Virus record (IMG/VR): IMGVR_UViG_3300024503_000485
Location: 1 to 64,000 of that record
Length of the DNA stretch: 64,000 nt
Direction: 5' to 3' (one strand)
Under the pieces are notes generated by a model, which was given only the letters and a program-made list of their open reading frames with translations, was not told where the DNA came from and searched no databases. How positions within the stretch are numbered: the first letter of the stretch is position 1; each line of letters begins with the position of its first letter. The translations under genes and the position numbers were made by a program. Below are positions 58,315-64,000 of the stretch, one piece after another.

Positions 58315-58962
58315 ATGTGGGTATTAGCAAGTCGCGGAAGACCAAAGAACCTAAAACGGTTTATTAAATGCTGGAAAGAAACTAAAGGATCAACTCCAGT
58401 TTATATTAGATTAGATGAATGCGATCCAGAAATTGAAAATTATAAAAAATTAAATTATCCAAAAGAATTTCATGTTGTAATAGAATCTCGAGCCAGGTTA
58501 GGACGGGCAATGAACGAGATGGTTGAAAGGTATCCAAACGAACCGTGGTATGGATTACTAGCAGACGATTTAATCCCACAAACTCAAAATTGGGATCAAA
58601 AACTTGTAATTGCTGCTTCTAATAATTTTATATCTCAATGTAATGATTTAACAAGAAAGCCACAAAACTGCTGTCATCCTTGTATAGGGGGAGATTTGAT
58701 AAGAAAAATTGGATGGTTTGCTTTACCTGTATGCACCCATTATTGTGTTGAACTTCCTTGGAAAGAGCTTACTAAAAGAAATCCAGAAATTTTAAAATAT
58801 CTTTCAGATGTAGTTGTTGAACATGCGCATTATCGATTTGACAAAGCTGAATTGGACAACACATACAAAGAGTTAAAAACTTTAAAACATCCTGACCACG
58901 AAATTTGGGATCAATGGAAATTACAACATCTTGACGAATTTTGTATCAAGGCGTTGAGCTAA
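58315..58962 (+). CDS. GT2-like glycosyltransferase
   Basis: SRGRP, LADD, WDQKL, EHAH. Confidence 0.6.
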   Translation: MWVLASRGRPKNLKRFIKCWKETKGSTPVYIRLDECDPEIENYKKLNYPKEFHVVIESRARLGRAMNEMVERYPNEPWYGLLADDLIPQTQNWDQKLVIAASNNFISQCNDLTRKPQNCCHPCIGGDLIRKIGWFALPVCTHYCVELPWKELTKRNPEILKYLSDVVVEHAHYRFDKAELDNTYKELKTLKHPDHEIWDQWKLQHLDEFCIKALS

Positions 58963-59755
58963 AAAACAACTCAATATTTCTATCTTTATTATTGATGTTG
59001 TTAACTTGTTTTAATAATTCTAAATCAATTCCTAGACTAGACGCTTCTGTTTGAATAGCACTAATATCTTTTGGAAAGCATATGCCACCCCAACCAAATT
59101 TTCCATCTGGTCCGGGAACATTTAAATGTGTATAACCAATTCGATCATCATAAATGGTTAGATCTTTTAACGATTCAAAACTTACATTCTCTGCCTTTGC
59201 TAACTTATAAAATTCATTCATAAATGTTACCTTAGTGGCAAGGTACGCATTCATCATATACTTGTATAAGGCAGCAGACTTAATATCAGTAACTAAAAAT
59301 TGCCTGTGGACTAGAGGAACACCTGATCGAATAACATCTCTAGCAGTAACACATAATTCTCCGTTACCGCCTAGAATAAAATATCTACTATTTTGATAAT
59401 CGGCGCTAGCATTAGCCGCAGTTAAAAATTCTGGGCAATGAATTATTGAAGGATATTCTTTTAAAAGTTGATTGTATATGCTAGGAGTTGCTGTCGATTT
59501 GCATATTAACGGTATTTTTTCGCTAATGCCTGCATTATATAATTCTTTTAAAACCTGTTCAAGAATAGAGGCATCACAACTACCATTGTCTAAAGCTGGA
59601 GTTGGAACACAAATAAAGATTCCGTCGCAATCTAAGAATTTTTCATAGTCGGCACTATCTTCAAATTTTGGATCTCGAACTACTCTTTCATCATTACGAT
59701 GTGCCCAATAAATTGCTTCTCCAACAAAACCTAGACCAATAATTCCTATTTTCAT
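58946..59755 (-). CDS. UDP-glucose/GDP-mannose dehydrogenase family (lacks C-terminal domain)
   Basis: GLGFVG, CVPTP, KST, PEFL, GWGGICFPKD. Confidence 0.85.
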   Translation of the reverse strand: MKIGIIGLGFVGEAIYWAHRNDERVVRDPKFEDSADYEKFLDCDGIFICVPTPALDNGSCDASILEQVLKELYNAGISEKIPLICKSTATPSIYNQLLKEYPSIIHCPEFLTAANASADYQNSRYFILGGNGELCVTARDVIRSGVPLVHRQFLVTDIKSAALYKYMMNAYLATKVTFMNEFYKLAKAENVSFESLKDLTIYDDRIGYTHLNVPGPDGKFGWGGICFPKDISAIQTEASSLGIDLELLKQVNNINNKDRNIELFFSSTP

Positions 59756-60207
59756 AGAGTAGCATCTTCCAGGCCAGCTGTTCTTAATTTAACAATGTTA
59801 GATAATTGCCATTGCTTGATGTCAAGACCTTTAATGATACCTAACCATTTGTTACGTAGCAAAGCAAAGTCATTGATAATTTTTTCAAAGTCTACAACGT
59901 CGGCTTCGCCCTCTACAAATTTTTCACAATCTCTAGAGGACAAAGCACGTTGATAGTTTTCAAGGTACTTACGAAAATGTTGACTTCGAAGTCTACGAAG
60001 TTCAATATTAAGATATTCGAGAATTGCTTCAATTTCTTGAAGCTGATTGAATCGATTTTCAACAATGCCGGGCATACTGGCAGCGGCCTTTTCAATATTT
60101 CCCGCTATGCGAGCATCATTCTTTGCTGCCAATAATTCAGCCTCATAGTATGCCACTGCATCAGGGATATTTGAGATGTCCTTTGAAACTCGATCATACC
60201 AATTCAT
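59752..60207 (-). CDS. uvsY: recombination mediator UvsY-like
   Basis: LSSRD.EKFVEGE, KGLDIKQWQLSNIVKLRTAG; downstream of uvsX. Confidence 0.8.
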   Translation of the reverse strand: MNWYDRVSKDISNIPDAVAYYEAELLAAKNDARIAGNIEKAAASMPGIVENRFNQLQEIEAILEYLNIELRRLRSQHFRKYLENYQRALSSRDCEKFVEGEADVVDFEKIINDFALLRNKWLGIIKGLDIKQWQLSNIVKLRTAGLEDATL

Positions 60208-60441
60208 TTAATCCTCATCTTCGTAATATTCATCTTCTTCTTCGATCTCTTCGCCATCAATAGCATATTCAATAGCTGTGTCTAAATATGGATCTACGCC
60301 TAGTAGACTATCTAAAACACTTTCTTTAATACCATAATCTAACAATGTGTTAACAAAGTCAGCGGCAACGTCTTTGCGTTGTTTTTCAGGAATATGCTCT
60401 ACAACAATTGACCATAAATCTGCAATTAAATCTTCTTTCAT
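60208..60441 (-). CDS. small acidic protein
   Basis: Between uvsX and uvsY. Confidence 0.65.
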   Translation of the reverse strand: MKEDLIADLWSIVVEHIPEKQRKDVAADFVNTLLDYGIKESVLDSLLGVDPYLDTAIEYAIDGEEIEEEDEYYEDED

Positions 60442-61517
60442 TCTACGCTCTCCGGTTGGGATTCAATATTTGTAGTTATCTCAGAAACGGATTTTTCACC
60501 GTTTTTGATGATGTCGGACATAATTGCATCTAGCCCACCGTTTTCGTTTCTTTCCCAAGCCTTGCGGAATTGTTTGATAATTTCGCCATCGGCTGTTGTG
60601 TATACAAGGCTATTTCCTTCTTTCTTTAGAAGACCTTTTTCTTCTGCCAGATCTACCATTCCGCTATACGGATTCATACCTGTTTCATAAGGAATCTTTA
60701 CCTGTACACTTTCAAAAGGTTTTGCATAACGTGTTTTCATAATCTTACAAGCTGCACGAATACCTTTAACTTCTGAAATCTTGTTGCCGTCTTCGTCTTC
60801 TTTCAACTTTAACTTACGCATAGCAACAACAATAGAGCTTGCGTAGATAAAACCTTGTCCTCCACTGATTTTGTCATCTGGATCAAACATATCTTGACTT
60901 GCGTATGTGTGGTTAGTAGCAACTAAACCAATGTTTAAACTACCAAACATATTAACACAATTACGAACAAGTGCTGTAAGTGCTTTAGGTTTACGGCCCA
61001 TGTCGCCTTTTAAATCGCCTGCTTCGAACTGATTAACATCTGTAGGAGTTAACAACATACCTAGTGAATCAAGTACAAACAGAACCTTAGGACGGCTATC
61101 TTCAGGCATTGCTTTATATTCAGCAACAAATTCTGTAATAGTTTTTGCTACATCGTCAATCATTGCCATATTAAGTTTAAGCAACTTATCTTCGCTAGTA
61201 TCAACACCAAGTGCTTTTAACCAATCTTCATCGAGAGCATTTTCTGTATCGATTAGGATTGGATAAATTCCTTGTGCCTGTGCTGCCTTAATAAGGTTAC
61301 CTGAACAGATATATGATTTACCTGCGCCAGATTCACCGGCGAATACCGTAACTTTACCTAGCGGTACACCTTTATTAAAATCACCGCTAATCAAATAATT
61401 GAGAGCGTAGTTACCTGTTGAGATCCAATCAGTAGGATCATTAAAGCCAATTGACAAGCCTTCAATAGACTTTGTAATTGACTTTCTAAATTTAGAAATA
61501 TCAAATGCTTTTGCCAT
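60438..61517 (-). CDS. uvsX: RecA-like recombinase UvsX
   Basis: GESGAGKS, DTENA, DSLG, NHTY, GGQG, KTRY; start MAKAF at 61517. Confidence 0.95.
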   Translation of the reverse strand: MAKAFDISKFRKSITKSIEGLSIGFNDPTDWISTGNYALNYLISGDFNKGVPLGKVTVFAGESGAGKSYICSGNLIKAAQAQGIYPILIDTENALDEDWLKALGVDTSEDKLLKLNMAMIDDVAKTITEFVAEYKAMPEDSRPKVLFVLDSLGMLLTPTDVNQFEAGDLKGDMGRKPKALTALVRNCVNMFGSLNIGLVATNHTYASQDMFDPDDKISGGQGFIYASSIVVAMRKLKLKEDEDGNKISEVKGIRAACKIMKTRYAKPFESVQVKIPYETGMNPYSGMVDLAEEKGLLKKEGNSLVYTTADGEIIKQFRKAWERNENGGLDAIMSDIIKNGEKSVSEITTNIESQPESVE

Positions 61518-61541
61518 ATTATGTTCCCTGTAGTGGTAAGA

Positions 61542-61564
61542 GAGTGCGGGTATTGCCCACACTC
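61542..61564 (-). terminator. hairpin between gp32 and uvsX
   Basis: GAGTGTGGG-CAATA-CCCGCACTC followed by TCTT. Confidence 0.6.
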
Positions 61565-61576
61565 TTTACTTTATTA

Positions 61577-62557
61577 TTATTGACTTTGACGAGCGCGAAT
61601 CTTGGCAAGAATGTCTTGCGCACGACTAGCACCTTCTGCTGCCGGAGCACTTGCTACAGGAGTAGACTGAGCTGCCGGAGCACTTGCTACAGGAGTAGGT
61701 TCTTCGTCAACTTCTTCAGCAGGAGCACTTGAGCGAGCTTTGTTAGGATCGCCTGTTGCAGCACCCATGCCTGCTGGTTTGAAGTATTGACCCCAACGGT
61801 CCATGTCATATGCTTCGCCATTAACTGATGCTTCAAACATTTCTTTCATAACCTTAAGCTCAACATCGGTTGGCTTCTTAGGCAAGAAGTCTGACAAGTT
61901 AAACAAACCATGGGTATCAACTGCGGATTTTTCTGCATCGGTTAGAGCACGTTCACGACGGCTCCACTTACTTGTAGAATAATCAGCAAAACCACCTTTG
62001 CTTGTTTTTGCGATACGGAAATCTACACCGCGGAGGTAATCAGTTGGTAGTTCTTCCAACTCTGGGTCCATTAGTGCTGAACGAATGATTTGATAGATTT
62101 GAGGACCGATGATGAATCTGCGAATTGGATTCTCTGGTGTTTTTTCTTCTTTGAGAGCATCTTCAACAACAAAGCCTTGGAAGATATATGAACGCTTTTT
62201 CCAATATTTACGACCCATATCCTCTAATGATTTGTCTTTAAACCAACCACGCACTTCTGAAAGGATTGGACATACGGAACCATCGTTATACATTTCAACA
62301 CAGGGAACCTGTACTTGAACTTTACGTGAATCGGTTTCGCCTTTAATTCCTGCGAATTCCAATTTGATCATTGCACGTTCAACCCAGAAAAATGTGTTGT
62401 TAGAATTGCCATCTGGTAGGAAACGAACTACGGCTTCCTTGCCTTCTTGCATGTTCCAATGTGGGTAAATTGCGTTGTCGCCGCCGCTTGATGTTTGTCC
62501 TGTGGACTTTGATTGTGCTTCTTGAAGTTTAGCACGAATTTCTGCTAATGTTGCCAT
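61577..62557 (-). CDS. single-stranded DNA-binding protein (T4 gp32-like)
   Basis: VVRFLPD, CPIL, KYWKKRSY, FIIGPQI, GFADYSTS; AGGAGG RBS; PVASAPAA duplicated (28-bp repeat at 61638 and 61671). Confidence 0.9.
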   Translation of the reverse strand: MATLAEIRAKLQEAQSKSTGQTSSGGDNAIYPHWNMQEGKEAVVRFLPDGNSNNTFFWVERAMIKLEFAGIKGETDSRKVQVQVPCVEMYNDGSVCPILSEVRGWFKDKSLEDMGRKYWKKRSYIFQGFVVEDALKEEKTPENPIRRFIIGPQIYQIIRSALMDPELEELPTDYLRGVDFRIAKTSKGGFADYSTSKWSRRERALTDAEKSAVDTHGLFNLSDFLPKKPTDVELKVMKEMFEASVNGEAYDMDRWGQYFKPAGMGAATGDPNKARSSAPAEEVDEEPTPVASAPAAQSTPVASAPAAEGASRAQDILAKIRARQSQ

Positions 62558-62669
62558 TTTATAGCCTCCTTATGCCTTTAATGTAAATGACTTTATGCCT
62601 ATCGCATAACAACTATTATGCGCTTTTTATTTAGCAAGATCAAGTCCTTTCTAAAAATTTATTTCACCA

Positions 62670-62697
62670 AAAAAAATCCACTCTATGAGTGGATTTG
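62670..62697. terminator. intrinsic terminator (minus-strand T-run)
   Basis: ATCCACTC-TAT-GAGTGGAT with an A-run on the plus side. Confidence 0.7.
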
Positions 62698-63087
62698 GTG
62701 ATAACGAATCATAGCCGCTGTTCTTGCTAAAAATAATTTCCACCGGATTTCTTCAGTAATTAAACCTTCAGGATCATCCGGTGTTGGGTCTGTTTGAATT
62801 CTTTGTAGATCTTTTCTTCGATAAGATGTAATGATATCGTCAACTTCAATAATGTTATCTTCGCTGTCATCTGCAAATAAAACAATTTTGTGAGGATTGC
62901 CTGTAAAAATTTTAGGTTTTTGTATTTTGATAGATCTTGCAAGGACCGGTCCTTTTTTGATCGCAATCTGAGCTGGTGACTCTATAGTTGTAGGTCTCCC
63001 AAAGAGTTCTTTCCCATTGAGACTCGTATTTGCCTGGCTTGTCCCAATTAAACTCATCGCAGCTAAGATTACTGCTAACCTTTTCAT
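62683..63087 (-). CDS. secreted hypothetical protein
   Basis: Signal peptide ending SQA. Confidence 0.65.
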   Translation of the reverse strand: MKRLAVILAAMSLIGTSQANTSLNGKELFGRPTTIESPAQIAIKKGPVLARSIKIQKPKIFTGNPHKIVLFADDSEDNIIEVDDIITSYRRKDLQRIQTDPTPDDPEGLITEEIRWKLFLARTAAMIRYHQIHS

Positions 63088-63105
63088 TTCTAGTCCTCAT
63101 TAACA

Positions 63106-63402
63106 TTATTGACAAGTCCTTGTAAGTGTTACACTACCGTCTGGATTGCGCACTTCAGTCCAAGGACTACATACTTGTTGTTGCGTATAAACGGGCGGTT
63201 GTTGAATAACCGCTGGCGGTTGTTGAACAACTACAGGACGAGTTGCGGCATATACCACAGCACCTCCAACTACAGCTGGAACTACCCAATTCCAACCTCT
63301 CCCATGATGCATATGGTGTCCGCCATGATAGCCATGATGTGGACCTGCTTGCGCACCAAAAGCAGATAAACCAATTAAACCTGCAATTAAGAGTTTTTTC
63401 AT
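63106..63402 (-). CDS. secreted His/Pro-rich protein
   Basis: Signal peptide AQA; PHHGYHGGHH; VVVQQPP. Confidence 0.7.
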   Translation of the reverse strand: MKKLLIAGLIGLSAFGAQAGPHHGYHGGHHMHHGRGWNWVVPAVVGGAVVYAATRPVVVQQPPAVIQQPPVYTQQQVCSPWTEVRNPDGSVTLTRTCQ

Positions 63403-63467
63403 AAAACCCTCCTTGATATTATAGTAACGCCCCAATGCCAACTTTCGTTGACAAGGGGCAACTAAAA

Positions 63468-63641
63468 TTACTTCTTAGCTTCTTCTTTCTTAGCAGGAGC
63501 TTTTGGAGCTTCCTTAGCAGCAGGTGCTGGCGCAGATGCAGCTGGTTTGGCTTCTGCTTTCTTTTCTTCTTTCTTAGGTGCATCTGCAGCGAAAGCGGAT
63601 ACTGCAAATAATGATGCTACTAAAGTTGCTACTAGTTTCAT
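63468..63641 (-). CDS. small secreted Ala/Lys/Pro-rich protein
   Basis: MKLVATLVASLFAVSAFA-ADAPKKEEKK... Confidence 0.7.
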   Translation of the reverse strand: MKLVATLVASLFAVSAFAADAPKKEEKKAEAKPAASAPAPAAKEAPKAPAKKEEAKK

Positions 63642-63788
63642 AGTAATTTCCTTTTTAAAAGCACAGACAATCAGTGCCTGTGTAATATTATAACGCATTA
63701 ATAGGACCGAACGTTGACTAAAAAGTTTAAATTATTTTGCCCAAAAGAAAGGGCACCTAAGTGCCCTAACTATTGTATTTTCTTTTTA

Positions 63789-64000
63789 TTATAGGCCTGC
63801 TAATTCTCTAACTCTTGCCAATTCTGCTAATTCAGGATTTTGTTCTGTTGATTGTTGTGGTGCCATTCTTTCTACAAATTTACGAGCAACTTGTTCTGCC
63901 TGCTCACCAAACTTCTTGCCTACCATTGTGCAAACACCCTCTGGGCCTTTAGGGAATGTATTAGATTCCTTATCATAGAAACTTGTGATAAACTCTGCAA
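63789..64000 (-). CDS. C-terminal part of a hypothetical protein (5' end off window)
   Basis: Open frame ...FPKGPEGVCTMVGKKFG...ELARVRELAGL*; terminator GGGCAC-TTAG-GTGCCC downstream. Confidence 0.65.
   Translation of the reverse strand, partial: AEFITSFYDKESNTFPKGPEGVCTMVGKKFGEQAEQVARKFVERMAPQQSTEQNPELAELARVRELAGL

Noticed and set aside
61638-61698. 28-bp direct repeat in gp32
   Set aside because: In-frame duplication in a low-complexity Pro/Ala linker; no sign of a mobile or regulatory role

Overview
This window is part of a large T4-related (myovirus-like) bacteriophage genome read in the standard genetic code. The host is probably a proteobacterium (inference from ClpP, YqgE/AlgH, YccA and TraR-type genes). 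Four blocks are visible. (1) 1-15.3 kb: auxiliary genes, including ClpP, an SDR epimerase, HNH nuclease, ATP-dependent DNA ligase, an SPFH lipoprotein, a nucleotidyltransferase, several 2OG-Fe(II) oxygenases and YqgE. (2) 15.3-31.3 kb: a visibly GC-richer, almost entirely plus-strand early/host-takeover block with 18 near-consensus sigma70 promoters, tRNA-Arg(UCU), tRNA-Ile2(CAU), TraR/DksA-like, GcrA-like and wHTH regulators, two AAA+ ATPases and a HExxH-VWA partner. Repeat-rich spacers bracket this block. (3) 31.3-37.6 kb: late-promoter genes, including an operon of proteins with T4-like capsid-targeting N-termini. (4) 37.6-64 kb: T4-type replication/recombination core (gp41-like helicase, primase, a 192-aa mini-DnaE, UvsW, UvsY, UvsX, gp32) interrupted by an 11-kb sugar-nucleotide/glycosyltransferase island (Gmd, ColD-like dehydratase, UDP-sugar dehydrogenase). 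The best candidate for an undescribed system is RNA-based. Ten genes in the 15-30 kb block share an atypical RBS, GGAGCG. Two separate 3'UTRs (21086-21162 and 27033-27113) carry an identical 15-mer, CCGATTCGCTCCCGG, whose loop is the exact antisense of that RBS, held by sequence-unrelated outer stems and followed by terminators. This suggests phage anti-RBS sRNAs that shut off early genes. All family calls are from motif recognition; no database search was run.
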